Shown: positions 1-11,383, counted from the first letter of the stretch. The stretch: DNA of 32,379 bases from Octopus bimaculoides (GCF_001194135.2 NC_068983.1:103757406-103789784); one strand, 5' to 3'. Notes: generated by a model from the sequence alone, not told the origin. Made by a program: numbers and translations.

Positions 1-331
1 GTTTGTTTTCCTGTCTTGTTTTTTGTCCACCACTACATTCCTCCATGGCAAGATTTAATTTGTGTATACAAATTTAATTTGCGGTCCATGGGAAGAGCCG
101 TTTTAACGATGCGTCCTGCCCAGCTCTTCGAAACGCCGGTGTTAAAACGGGGGTAGCTGATGAAGTAGAATGTTCTCTATGTGGCTTGTGTGTTTTCTCG
201 TCTCTGTTTTGTTTGCAATGTCCTGTACCCAGATATGCACCTATACATACAGGTGGATGTCGGTATGCACATACCTGTACGTATATATGCATATACTCAT
301 TTACTATTTGTTTATATATATACATATATAC

Positions 332-490
332 ATGATGGGCTTCTTTCAGTTTCTGTCTACCAGATCCACTCACAAGGTTTTGGTTGGCTTGAGGCTATAA
401 TAGAAGACACTTGCCTAAGGTGCCATACAGTGGGACTGAACCCAGAACCACATGGTTGGTAAGCAAGCTACTTACCACACAGCCACTCCT
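332..490 (-). mobile_element. tRNA-derived SINE, head half (bipartite family A)
   Basis: Reverse complement AGGAGTGGCTGTGTGGTAAGTAGCTTGCTTACCAACCATGTGGTTCTGGGTTCAGTCCCACTG...GAAAGAAGCCCATCAT matches heads at 8650-8807, 9744-9903, 17437-17595 and 22211-22372; A/B-box-like motifs present. Confidence 0.85.
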
Positions 491-1245
491 ATATATGCAT
501 ATATATGAATATGTACACACACACACCCACACACTCGCATGTATAGATAATGTGTGTGTGTGTAGATGTGTGTGTGCATGGACATGTGAGTGGGTAAGCT
601 CATGTTCCTTTGGGAACATTGGTGTAAATTCTTTGTGGTTACACCATAAGGGGAGGTAATTAAGGTCAAACTTGACCATTAGTTACGTTGAGATACTTAA
701 AATGAACTCCAAACTAATTATTAGTGGCTCATATAATTAAGCATGTATGCTGTCCATTGACAGAAACTACAAAATTAATAAAAGTATATGATAAATATAA
801 ATACAATTATCCATCAACAGATACATAAATTAGATAAATTTATAACAACTGAGTCATTCTTGCTTCATAGAAGGAAATTATCAAAGTGAATTTACTAATT
901 TACTGAAATTTCTGAATTATTTTCTCTCATTTTTCTAAGACACATTCCTCTGTACAGCACGTATTATGAAGAGGGTTGTCTTAGCAGCATTATAGGTCCC
1001 TATTCAATTCAGTGCAGTAGGCCCTATAGTATTTATTTATTGACAGCAAACTATGACATACATAGATAAGAGTTAGGCCATTAAACCTGTAAATCAACCT
1101 AAAGACAACTGCCCAGTATGCCCATGCCTTGCAATGGCACTGATTATTATTGTCACCCACAATTCAATGCTAGATCTGTCATAAACCTACAGGCTCACTC
1201 TGCCAGAACTTATCTTGGTTTGCATAGTGCATAAATGATCAATGC

Positions 1246-2491
1246 GTAGGTAGAAACTCTATAAGATGCACCAAGTGCAAGCTATGGACACATAAGTGGT
1301 GCAGCAATATCAAAGGAAGGTTAACTAGGAAGTTAGTCTTTGTTTGTAGCAGATGTTCAGGAGCAATAAACACTGTAAATGTGCAGAAAACAACTTCTGC
1401 CACATTCCAGGGAGAAAAACTAGATGTAGTTGATAGCTTTCGCTATGTAGGTGACCAAGTTAGTAGTGGGGGAGGGTGCACTGAAAATGTAGCTGCTAGA
1501 ATACGAATAGCCTGGGCAAAGTTCAGAGAGCTCTTACCTCTGCTGGTGACAAAGGGTCTCTCTCTCAGACTAAAAGGCAGACTGTATGACACATCTGTAT
1601 AAACAGCCATGCTACATGGCAGTGAAACATGGGCCGTGACTGCTGAAGAGATGTGTAGGCTTACAAGGAATGAAGCCAGTATGCTCTGATGGATGTGTAA
1701 TGTCAGTGTGCATACTAGACAGAGTGTAAGTGCCTTGAGAGAAAAACTGAACCTAAGAAGCATCAGTTGTGGTGTGCAAGAGAGACGATTGTGCTGGTAT
1801 GGTCATGTGGCGAGAATGGATGAGGATAGCTGTGTGAAAAAGTGCCACACCCTAGCAGTGGAGGGAACCTGTGGAAGAGGTAAGCCCAGGAAGACCTGGA
1901 ATGAGGTGGTGAGGCCCGATTCGAACATTGGGTCTCACCGAGGCGATGACTTCTGACCGAGACCTTTGAAAATATACTGTGCAAGAGAAGATCCGGGTAA
2001 GCCAAGTGAGACCTAAATCCAAGGCCTCTGCCAAGGGTGTAGCCAGCCCNNNNNNNNNNNNNNNNTTATGCGTACCTTTCCTTCATTGGACACTAAACTC
2101 CGCTTGCGAAGACCTATTGGGGCAAGCAGGACAAGCGAAAGCGAAATCGTGATGGCACCTGTGCCCAGCGTCGCCTTCCTGGCACTTGTGCCGGTGGCAC
2201 ATGTAGAGACATTCAAGCAAGATCATTGCCAGTGCCGCTGGACTGGCTCCTGTGGAGGTGCAGCGTAAAATACACCATTTTGAGTGTGGCCATTGCCAGT
2301 ACCACCTGACTAGCCTTCGTGCCGGTGGCACGTAAAAGCACCCACTACACTCTCGGAGTGGTTGGCGTTAGGAAGGGCATCCAGCTGTAGAAACTCTGCC
2401 AAATCAGATTGGAGCCTGGTGTAGCCATCTGGTTCACCAGTCCTCAGTCAAATCGTCCAACCCATGCTAACATGGAAAGCGGACGTTAAAC

Positions 2492-2522
<31 letters not shown>
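1246..2522 (+). mobile_element. 5'-truncated RTE-clade LINE (ORF2 C-terminal part, 3' UTR, (GAT)n tail), degenerate
   Basis: Translation VGRNSIRCTKC...LDVVDSFRYVG...ARIRIAWAKFRELLPLL...LSLRLKGRLY...MLHGSETW...ERRLCWYGHVARMDED...GRGKPRKTWNEVV...LGLTEAMTSDRDL is typical of the RTE post-RT region. In-frame stops at ~1600 and ~1687 and a frameshift at ~1920. Ends in (GAT)n at 2492-2522. Confidence 0.92.
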
Positions 2523-2526
<4 letters not shown>

Positions 2527-2544
2527 GGACATTAGTCTGTCAGT

Positions 2545-2709
2545 AACAGCCCCTAGCTGTTACTAGTATATATTTTCCACCAGCTAGACTGGAGCAATGT
2601 AGATAAAGTGTTATTCTCAAGAACACAACATGCCAAACAGTCTGGCAATAGGAACCATGATTTTACAATGATGATTCCAAAACATAATCACTAAGCCATG
2701 TGCTTTCAC
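2545..2709 (-). mobile_element. Degenerate CORE-type tRNA SINE fragment
   Basis: Reverse complement contains GTGTTCTTGAGAATAACACTTTATCTACATTGCTCCAGTCTAGCTGG, similar to the CORE-like block at 15065-15130, preceded by a decayed tRNA head. Confidence 0.55.
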
Positions 2710-2774
2710 AATCACATATCTCTTAATAATAAACTGGGTGGGTGGGCTGGATTGTTAATAACACACACATGTTG

Positions 2775-2808
<34 letters not shown>

Positions 2809-4279
2809 ACACATATGAGTGTACATATATATTTACTCTCTCATTTCACTGTATTATGTATCTTGTGTAAGAAAGAATGATTTTGGACCTACCCATATTC
2901 AATTCCTCCCTACCAACATTCTTATCACACAGTACCACTTTTGCCCATCCTACAAAGGATTAAATCTGATCCCGTTTGTACCCCATGCACTTTAGTGTCA
3001 CCCTATATATATATATATATATATGCGTGTGCACATGTGTGTGTGTACATTTATGTATTTGATTTGCAAGATTCTTGATGTGAAATCATGTGTTGAAGCA
3101 GATATTGTTACACTTGAGGATGGTCATATTTTGCCAGTTAAACACACACACACACTATATAGTTTGTCTTCACATCAGCTTTATTACTAATAAAAATAAT
3201 AAAGCTGAATGGAAGACAAAAAACATATGTGTGTGTGTGTGTATATATATGTATGTATGTATGTGTGTGTATATATATAAATATATANNNNNNNNNNNNN
3301 NNNNNNNNNNNNNNNNNNNNNNNNNNNNNNNNNNNNNNNNNNNNNNNNNNNNNNNNNNNNNNNNNNNNNNNNNNNNNNNNNNNNNNNNNNNNNNNNNNNN
3401 NNNNNNNNNNNNNNNNNNNNNNNNNNNNNNNNNNNNNNNNNNNNNNNNNNNNNNNNNNNNNNNNNNNNNNNNNNNNNNNNNNNNNNNNNNNNNNNNNNNN
3501 NNNNNNNNNNNNNNNNNNNNNNNNNNNNNNNNNNNNNNNNNNNNNNNNNNNNNNNNNNNNNNNNNNNNNNNNNNNNNNNNNNNNNNNNNNNNNNNNNNNN
3601 NNNNNNNNNNNNNNNNNNNNNNNNNNNNNNNNNNNNNNNNNNNNNNNNNNNNNNNNNNNNNNNNNNNNNNNNNNNNNNNNNNNNNNNNNNNNNNNNNNNN
3701 NNNNNNNNNNNNNNNNNNNNNNNNNNNNNNNNNNNNNNNNNNNNNNNNNNNNNNNNNNNNNNNNNNNNNNNNNNNNNNNNNNNNNNNNNNNNNNNNNNNN
3801 NNNNNNNNNNNNNNNNNNNNNNNNNNNNNNNNNNNNNNNNNNNNNNNNNNNNNNNNNNNNNNNNNNNNNNNNNNNNNNNNNNNNNNNNNNNNNNNNNNNN
3901 NNNNNNNNNNNNNNNNNNNNNNNNNNNNNNNNNNNNNNNNNNNNNNNNNNNNNNNNNNNNNNNNNNNNNNNNNNNNNNNNNNNNNNNNNNNNNNNNNNNN
4001 NNNNNNNNNNNNNNNNNNNNNNNNNNNNNNNNNNNNNNNNNNNNNNNNNNNNNNNNNNNNNNNNNNNNNNNNNNNNNNNNNNNNNNNNNNNNNNNNNNNN
4101 NNNNNNNNNNNNNNNNNNNNNNNNNNNNNNNNNNNNNNNNNNNNNNNNNNNNNNNNNNNNNNNNNNNNNNNNNNNNNNNNNNNNNNNNNNNNNNNNNNNN
4201 NNNNNNNNNNNNNNNNNNNNNNNNNNNNNNNNNNNNNNNNNNNNNNNNNNNNNNNNNNNNNNNNNNNNNNNNNNNNNCA

Positions 4280-4350
4280 TATATATATAAACCCATGCTA
4301 GCATGAAAAAGTGGACGTTAAACGATGATGATGATGATGATGATGATGAT
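4280..4350 (+). mobile_element. Short RTE-type 3' tail with (GAT)n
   Basis: AACCCATGCTAGCATGAAAAAGTGGACGTTAAACGATGATGAT matches the LINE terminus at 2459-2522. Confidence 0.8.
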
Positions 4351-4521
4351 ATACAGAGAAAAAGAGAGATATAAACAGATACAGATATGTATATATACAC
4401 ACACGCACACATATATATTGATAATGACATAGATATATATGTAAACGCATACACACTCACACATGCACACATAGCCACACACATACACATATACATACAC
4501 ACACACAATCATATGCATATG

Positions 4522-4750
4522 TCATCATCATCATTTAGTATCTTTGCTCCATGCTGGCATGTGTTGGATGGTTTCACAACATCCAATAGGTCCAAGAATT
4601 ACATTGTGCTCTGTTGTCTACTTTGACATGGTTCCTACGGCTGGATGCTCTTCCTAATGCCAACCACTTGGTAGCATGTATTAGGTACTTTTCTCATGCC
4701 ACCAGCACTGGTGAGGTCACCATGGCAGCTTGCAAGACTATGAGCCCCAA
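4522..4750 (-). mobile_element. Diverged RTE-type 3' tail element
   Basis: Reverse complement GTGGTTGGCATTAGGAAGAGCATCCAGCCGTAG...CCAACACATGCCAGCATGGAGC...AAATGATGATGATGA resembles 2357-2522. Confidence 0.7.
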
Positions 4751-5063
4751 GAGAAAGACAGTGTCATGCTTGGAGGTGATAGGTTAAGGTATGAGAGAAT
4801 GGGGCAGAGCAGAAGAGGTGTTTTGTTTTGCTGTAGAAGAACAACATGGCTACTCACATTTTAGAAGAAAGGGCGGGAAGGATCAAGTGGAGATGGAAAG
4901 AGATAAGAAAAGTGGGAGGTGAGGCATCTGGTTAGACCCTTAAGGTAGAAGGTGAGTAGAAGTGAATGGGTACAAGAACTGGAAGCGTGGGTGCATGGTG
5001 ATTGCATGAAGGTATAGGAGAGTAAGAAATGAGGACGGGCGAGGCAGTAAATATAATGAATGT

Positions 5064-5522
5064 ATTCAAATTATGACAAACGTAAATAAACAAACGAAGT
5101 TTGCTTTTAGAAGTGTTGAGATGTATTAGAAAGTTAAAGAAGTGATTTTAAATTCTCAATCGAAGAATAATGCTAATAATATAGCCTGAACAGGATAAAC
5201 TACCCCTATTTTGCAGAGTAAAGTGTAGGTGGCTAGCTGTGGACTCGAACTCACACCCCCATGATAACGCGTCACGATGCTTTGACCGATTAAGCTAGAC
5301 TACCAACTACAAATTCCTCTGCAAATTTAAGATATATAAATCTCACTTTATGAGACGCTCTCATATGTTAAATTCAAATTACGACAAACGTAAATAAACA
5401 AACGAAGTTTGCTTTTAGAAGCCTTGAGATGTATTAGAAGATTAAAGAAGTGATTTTAAATTCTCAATCACAGAATAATGCTAATAATATAGCCTGAACA
5501 GGATAAACTACCCCTATTCTGC
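5064..5522. repeat. Two ~151-bp direct repeats (5064-5214, 5372-5522) flanking a tRNA-like sequence
   Basis: Both copies run ATTCAAATTA.GACAAACGTAAATAAACAAACGAAGTTTGC...GGATAAACTACCCCTATT.TGC; period 308 bp; few mismatches. Confidence 0.9.
5230..5304 (-). pseudogene. tRNA-like sequence (pseudo-tRNA or SINE head); isotype unclear
   Basis: GGTAGTCTAGCTTAATCGGTCAAAGCATCGTGACGCGTTATCATGGGGGTGTGAGTTCGAGTCCACAGCTAGCCA: D stem GCTT/AAGC, A box TAGCTTAATCGG, B box GAGTTCGAGTC. Acceptor and T stems imperfect; no U33. Confidence 0.65.
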
Positions 5523-5699
5523 GATTGAGAATTTAAAATCACTTCTTTAACTTTATAATGAATGAAGAAAAAAGAAACCTTGATGAACTCCTACTTTCAT
5601 GCTGAATTTGTCATTGAAATCATTGCATTACTTTTACTTTACTTACTGTATCTTTGTACATACATATCTCGTACAATGCTCAGAAGCCATTTATTTTGG

Positions 5700-5960
5700 A
5701 TCTAGTTTCCTGATGGACCACCAAATTACTGAACTGGTACCCTGTCAAATGCCATCTCCAAATTAACAGAAACCAGGAACAGAGATTTATTCGTAGCCGA
5801 GTATTTCTCCTGTTGTTGCCTCACTTGGAAGATTGTATCAGTGGTGCTTCTTCTGGGCCTAAAACAAATTGTATCTCATCTGGGTCTTCTGAGTCAGAAA
5901 TCAGCTGTGCTATGACTCCATGACCTTCATAATCTGATCCAGTAGTTTGATTCCTTTAGC

Positions 5961-5969
<9 letters not shown>
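5700..5969 (-). pseudogene. RTE LINE reverse transcriptase fragment (3' piece), frameshifted
   Basis: Stitched translation RGNAKGIKLLDQIMKVME..VIAQLI...DEIQF..PRRSTTDTIFQVRQQQEKY...LFLVSVNLEMAFDRVP..IWWSIRKL fits the non-LTR RT consensus QFGF...STTDAIF...DLEKAFDRV. Confidence 0.85.
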
Positions 5970-6035
<66 letters not shown>

Positions 6036-6280
6036 NNNNNNNNNNNNNNNNNNNNNNNNNNNNNNNNNNNNNNNNNNNNNNNNNNNNNNNNNNNNNNNNN
6101 NNNNNNNNNNNNNNNNNNNNNNNNNNNNNNNNNNNNNNNNNNNNNNNNNNNNNNNNNNNNNNNNNNNNNNNNNNNNNNNNNNNNNNNNNNNNNNNNNNNN
6201 NNNNNNNNNNNNNNNNNNNNNNNNNNNNNNNNNNNNNNNNNNNNNGTATATATATGTGTGTGTATATATATATATATGTA

Positions 6281-6511
6281 TGTGTTTATGTGTTTGTGTG
6301 TCTGTGTTTGTCCCCCCCAACATCGCTTGACAACTGATGCCGGTGTGTTTACGTCCCTGTAACTTAGCGGTTCGGCAAAAGAGACCGATAGAATAAGTAC
6401 TAGGCTTCCAAAGAATAAGTCCTGGGGTCGATTTGCTCGACTAAAGGCGGTGCTCCAGCTTGGCCACAGTCAAAAAGACTGAAACAAGTAAAAGAGTAAA
6501 AGAGTAAAGAG
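6281..6511 (+). mobile_element. SINE family A, tail half
   Basis: GTGTTTGTCCCCCCAACATCGCTTGACAAC...GACCGATAGAATAAGTACTAGGC...GACTGAAACAAGTAAAAGAGTAAAAGAG, shared with many copies in the window. Confidence 0.85.
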
Positions 6512-6517
6512 TATATG

Positions 6518-6560
<43 letters not shown>

Positions 6561-6565
<5 letters not shown>

Positions 6566-6826
6566 AGGCAACTCCTTTGCCTTTTACAATGATACTGCTA
6601 TGCCAATATTTGGTATGACACCTTCCTGTTTAACTTGATTAACTATCTGGATAGTGATCAGATATCCTACCTTACCTGATATTCTCAGCATCTTTGCAAC
6701 TATCTCTGATGGATCTGCTGCTTTCTCTTGCTTCATGTTCTTAAACACTCTATCTACCAGGCTGCAGTTAACTTGAATTGCTATTCCCTCCATAGAATCA
6801 GCATGAGGTAGCCCGCACACACTCAT
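6561..6826 (-). pseudogene. RTE LINE pre-RT/RT fragment (5' piece)
   Basis: EGIAIQVNCSLVDRVFKNMKQEKAADPSEIVAKMLRISGKVGYLITIQIVNQVKQEGVIPN, then after a frameshift WHSSIIVKGKGVALDR; matches the KAxGPxGIxxEML...IPxDW...KGKGDA pattern of non-LTR ORF2. Confidence 0.82.
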
Positions 6827-6838
6827 TTATATTTAAAT

Positions 6839-7140
6839 GGCACTCTATCGGTTACGAAACAAGGGTTCCAGTTATTCCGATCAATGGAACAACCTGCTTG
6901 TGAAATTAAGTTGCAAGTGGCTGAACACTCCACAAACATATGTACCCTTAATGGAGTTCTCAGAGAGATTCTGCAAGATACAGAGTGTGACAAGGCTGGC
7001 TCTTTGAATTACAGGTACAACTCACTTTTGCCAGCTAAGTTAACTAAAGCAATATGGAATAAAGTGTCTTGCTCAAGGATGCAACACACCACCAGGAATC
7101 AAACTTATGACCTTATACTCACTAAGCCATGTGACTTCAC
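6839..7140 (-). mobile_element. tRNA SINE with CORE-like block and a conserved central domain (family B)
   Basis: Decayed tRNA head near 7140, CORE-like CCTTGAGCAAGACACTTTATTCC, and a central block ~80% similar by eye to 15570-15720. Confidence 0.75.
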
Positions 7141-7194
7141 TACACATTTATACACATACATACATACATGCATTCATACACACTTATATAGACA

Positions 7195-7238
7195 GATAGA
7201 GAAATAATCTACAAATAGACAGATAGATAGATAGATAT

Positions 7239-7283
<45 letters not shown>

Positions 7284-7336
7284 CAGACAGATAGATTGAC
7301 AGATAGACAGACAGATAGATAGATAAATAGACAGAC

Positions 7337-7371
<35 letters not shown>

Positions 7372-7397
7372 TAGAAAGATAGACAGACAGACAGATT

Positions 7398-7434
<37 letters not shown>

Positions 7435-7436
7435 GT
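7195..7436. repeat. Compound (GATA)n/(GACA)n microsatellite
   Basis: About 240 bp of GATA/GACA units. Confidence 0.95.
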
Positions 7437-7523
7437 TTCTTTATTAGCCACACAGGGCTCAACACAGAGGGGACAAAATACAAATGTAGAGTTTTTTCTT
7501 TTCGAGGGGGGCGAAAACAAAGC
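7437..7523 (-). mobile_element. Probable 3' end of a non-LTR retroelement
   Basis: Reverse complement ends ...CTGTGTGGCTAATAAAGAAAC followed by the (CTAT)n array; family not identified; 5' part lost in a gap. Confidence 0.35.
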
Positions 7524-7990
7524 NNNNNNNNNNNNNNNNNNNNNNNNNNNNNNNNNNNNNNNNNNNNNNNNNNNNNNNNNNNNNNNNNNNNNNNNNNNNN
7601 NNNNNNNNNNNNNNNNNNNNNNNNNNNNNNNNNNNNNNNNNNNNNNNNNNNNNNNNNNNNNNNNNNNNNNNNNNNNNNNNNNNNNNNNNNNNNNNNNNNN
7701 NNNNNNNNNNNNNNNNNNNNNNNNNNNNNNNNNNNNNNNNNNNNNNNNNNNNNNNNNNNNNNNNNNNNNNNNNNNNNNNNNNNNNNNNNNNNNNNNNNNN
7801 NNNNNNNNNNNNNNNNNNNNNNNNNNNNNNNNNNNNNNNNNNNNNNNNNNNNNNNNNNNNNNNNNNNNNNNNNNNNNNNNNNNNNNNNNNNNNNNNNNNN
7901 NNNNNNNNNNNNNNNNNNNNNNNNNNNNNNNNNNNNNNNNNNNNNNNNNNNNNNNNNNNNNNNNNNNNNNNNNNNNNNNNNNNNNNNNNN

Positions 7991-8038
<48 letters not shown>

Positions 8039-8226
8039 CACACACACACACATACGCTCATGCACACATGCTTCCTGTTTCATTCCTTTAGTGCAGTGGT
8101 TTGGTATATGAAGTGCTATCTCAGGCATGAATTACTTAAAGAGGGTGTTTTAGCTAATGGAAGGTAGTATTTCTAACACTCTTCAAAAATCATATTGTTG
8201 TGAGTTATTTTATTTTGTATTCTTCT

Positions 8227-8807
8227 ATTCTTTAATTCTTTTACTTGTTTCAGTCATTTGACTGTGGCCATGCTAGAGCACCGCCTTTAGTCGATCATAT
8301 TGACCCCACGACTTATTCTTTGTAAACCTAGTACTTATTCTATTGGTCTCTTTTGCCGAACCGCTATGTTACGGGGACGTAAACACACCAGCATCAGTTA
8401 TCAAGCGATGATGGGGGGACAAACACTCACACACACACACACACACACATATATATAGGGAGAATTCACAAAAAAAAACAAAAGACAAAGACAGGTGGTA
8501 TAGAAAACAAACAGATGTATTAGTATAACACTCAGGAAGTGAAAACATCTTTAATGTTTTGAGCCTACGCTCTTCGACAGAAAGGAACACAGAAAGAAAC
8601 AAGGAGAGAAAAACAAGAATGTGTAGTGGATAGCGATCTATATATGATAGACTTCTTTCAGTTTCCGTCTACCAAATCCACTCACAAGGCTTTGGTCAGC
8701 CCAAGGCTATAGTAGAAGACACTTGCCCAAAGTACCATGCAGTGGGACTGAACCCGGAACCATGTGGTTGGAAAGCAAGCTACTTACCACACAGCCACTC
8801 CTGCGCC
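8227..8807 (-). mobile_element. Full-length SINE family A with a nested insertion in its central microsatellite
   Basis: Tail half 8227-8430 and head half 8650-8807 are collinear with 17201-17595; extra segment at 8455-8640. Confidence 0.85.
8455..8640 (-). mobile_element. Penelope-like/retrozyme-like fragment with a degenerate minimal HHR (8549-8584)
   Basis: CTTT-CTGTCGA-A-GAGC-GTAG-GCTC-AAAAC-AT-T-AAAG: stems I and II pair, but the core is mutated (CUGUCGA, AAAAC). Confidence 0.45.
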
Positions 8808-9321
8808 TATGTTGAAGATTCTCAAAACAAATGTGAAATATATTTGTGCCAGAATATTTTAAGATGGAGTATTACTGAATGTATTACAAACAGACAGCTT
8901 TTCAATGTACTTCCTGAGCCACAAGATATTTTCTAATAAAGCAATAAAACCAAGCCAAATGCCAGAACGTTTTACTACACAGTATTCAAAATATTAAGAT
9001 ATGCTTATTGAATATTTTCAAAAACACTTAGAAGCATTTAAATACTGATGCAAAAAGCAAAAATGGTTTAACTGCAGTTTATTGTAAAAGCACAACTAGT
9101 TGCAAATAGTAGGAACCATGGTATTGGTACTTTGATAATACTCTCAATCAAAGAATTATCTCAACAGGATTCAATTATTCAATTGAGGTTATAAAAACAC
9201 AACTTCTTAGCAATACCACAGTAAGGTAATGCACATACATACACACACACATGCACACACACACACACACACATACACATATACATATATGTATATATTT
9301 ATAAATAAATATATATATATG

Positions 9322-9353
<32 letters not shown>

Positions 9354-9462
9354 CATACATACATAGATACATACATAATACATACATACATACATGCATA
9401 CATATATATAAAACAATGAGATGAGACTGGAAAAAACAAAATGTTATGCAATGAACTTCAGT

Positions 9463-9543
9463 AGCTTACTGCTGTTTTTGCTATAAGATGTGGTGGAGTC
9501 TTAGTTGAATATCAGGATAACATTCTATAGCTTCATCAGAGCC
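9463..9543 (-). ncRNA. Degenerate type I hammerhead ribozyme
   Basis: GGCT-CTGATGA-A-GCTATAG...CTTATAGC-AAAAAC-AGCA-GT-A-AGCT; G12 lost (AAAAAC instead of GAAAC). Confidence 0.65.
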
Positions 9544-9743
9544 TTGGATATGAGGTGCACTTTATTTGTGAAAGTTACATTTTCATAACAAACAGGCATT
9601 AAGAGTGAAGGTTTATGTTGATGGTTATAGAAATTCCTATCCCAAGATACACACACAAACGTGCACACACTCACACACACACACACACGCACGCACACAC
9701 ACACACACACACACACACATGTATGTATGTATATCAAAGTATA

Positions 9744-10228
<485 letters not shown>

Positions 10229-10260
10229 AGTATTATGAAATTATAGATCCATTTCAGCTG

Positions 10261-10348
10261 ATCTTACAGCTGGGTTTCACACTAGATATTACATAATCAA
10301 ACATTAGATAATAGCATTGTTAAATAACACCTTATGCTCCTCAGAGAT
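10261..10348 (-). ncRNA. Near-canonical type I hammerhead ribozyme
   Basis: ATCT-CTGAGGA-GCAT...GTGT-GAAA-C-CCAGCT-GT-A-AGAT: all core bases present, GUA site, 4-bp stem I, weak stem II with two G-U pairs. Confidence 0.7.
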
Positions 10349-10491
10349 AGCAGTTATAAAAAAATATGGTGACAGATTCTTAGACAACAATACAACTATA
10401 CATACATACATACATACATACATACATACATACATGCATACATATATATTATATATAAAATCAAAATAAGCAACAGGATATCAAAAAGTGA

Positions 10492-10577
10492 TGCAGTATG
10501 ACCGTTTCAATTGGCTCCATTTAATTGAACAATGCAATCATTACATCAATTTAAATGCAATGCTATCATCAGATGCA
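10492..10577 (-). ncRNA. Degenerate type I hammerhead ribozyme
   Basis: TGCAT-CTGATGA-...-GAAAC-GGTC-AT-A-CTGCA: CUGAUGA and GAAAC intact; one stem I mismatch, G16.2 to A, poor stem II. Confidence 0.5.
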
Positions 10578-11201
10578 CTAATTATAAATAGAATTTTGAC
10601 TAGTTGGACACATTAATATAATTTTCCTCAAATACTTTAAAAGAGCAAGATGGAAGAAATTCATGTTGCTGCTATTGTAGTTAAGAATAGACTACATTTC
10701 CAAGAATGGCTTGAAGCTTGTAAAGGATTGTGGTTCATTTCTAATTTATTTGTCCTTTTATCAACGACTAAATCAAAGACTGCAGGACTGCCTCTGTTTA
10801 GAATGAAGGGCAAGAGTTAGTTGACAGCTGAGGAAAAGGGATACATAAGACAATGTTTATGACCTTACCTAGCCATGAGCTGTCATGATTTTATTCACTT
10901 TACTTCGAGCTGTAGGATAATACCGACTGACTTGGTGTTTCAACTTAAGTACCTAGTTCAACTGAATCTCAAATATATTATATATATATATATATTATAT
11001 TATATGTATTTATTTTCTCTTAGTTAATAATTAACTCGGACAAAATAAATTGGTTAATAGATACCAGGGTAGCAAAGATCACAAAATGACTGTGGTGTAA
11101 CTCCTGTTTATGAGGTAGAAACTCCTTGTTATTTTGGGTACTTAAGTAAATATATAAATTTAGTAAATGGAGTAAAACGCATATGTTAACTGAATACTTT
11201 T

Positions 11202-11291
11202 ATTTCCAACATATGTTTCGAAGATTACAAATTATACCTTCCATAGGAATAGGTGATGTTGATAAGAATGTAATCTTCTCTTCAGGGAAAT
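11202..11291 (-). ncRNA. Canonical minimal type I hammerhead ribozyme (PLE type)
   Basis: ATTTCC-CTGAAGA-GAAGATTAC...GTAATCTTC-GAAAC-ATAT-GT-T-GGAAAT: 6-bp stem I, 9-bp stem II closed by G10.1-C11.1, palindromic stem III ACATATGT, GUU site with predicted cut between 11208 and 11207. Confidence 0.88.
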
Positions 11292-11293
11292 GC

Positions 11294-11383
11294 ATTTCTC
11301 TGCAGAGAAGATTACATTCTTATCAACATCACCTATTCCTATGGAAGGTATAATTTGTAATCTTCGAAACATATGTTGGAAAT
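11294..11383 (+). ncRNA. Mirror HHR copy with core mutation (CUGCAGA), predicted inactive
   Basis: Identical to 11202-11291 except A6 to C at 11303 and a stem I C to U at 11299 (gives a G-U pair). Confidence 0.75.

Noticed and set aside
1028-1080. Short similarity to 13780-13820 (TATTTATTGACAGCAA)
   Set aside because: Only ~16 matching nt in AT-rich DNA; possibly an old repeat but not supportable.
3090-4508. Long ORFs of 350-450 aa (also at 7184-8128, 15065-15611, 18996-19796, 25527-26477)
   Set aside because: They are open only because they cross N gaps; the flanking residues are translated microsatellites.
5230-5304. Functional tRNA gene
   Set aside because: Acceptor stem mispaired, T stem lacks a base, G at position 33 and ambiguous anticodon.
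10828-10834. Plus-strand CTGAGGA (also CTGAAGA at 25401 and CTGATGA at 30800)
   Set aside because: No downstream stem II plus GAAA-stem III-UH-stem I; expected by chance.
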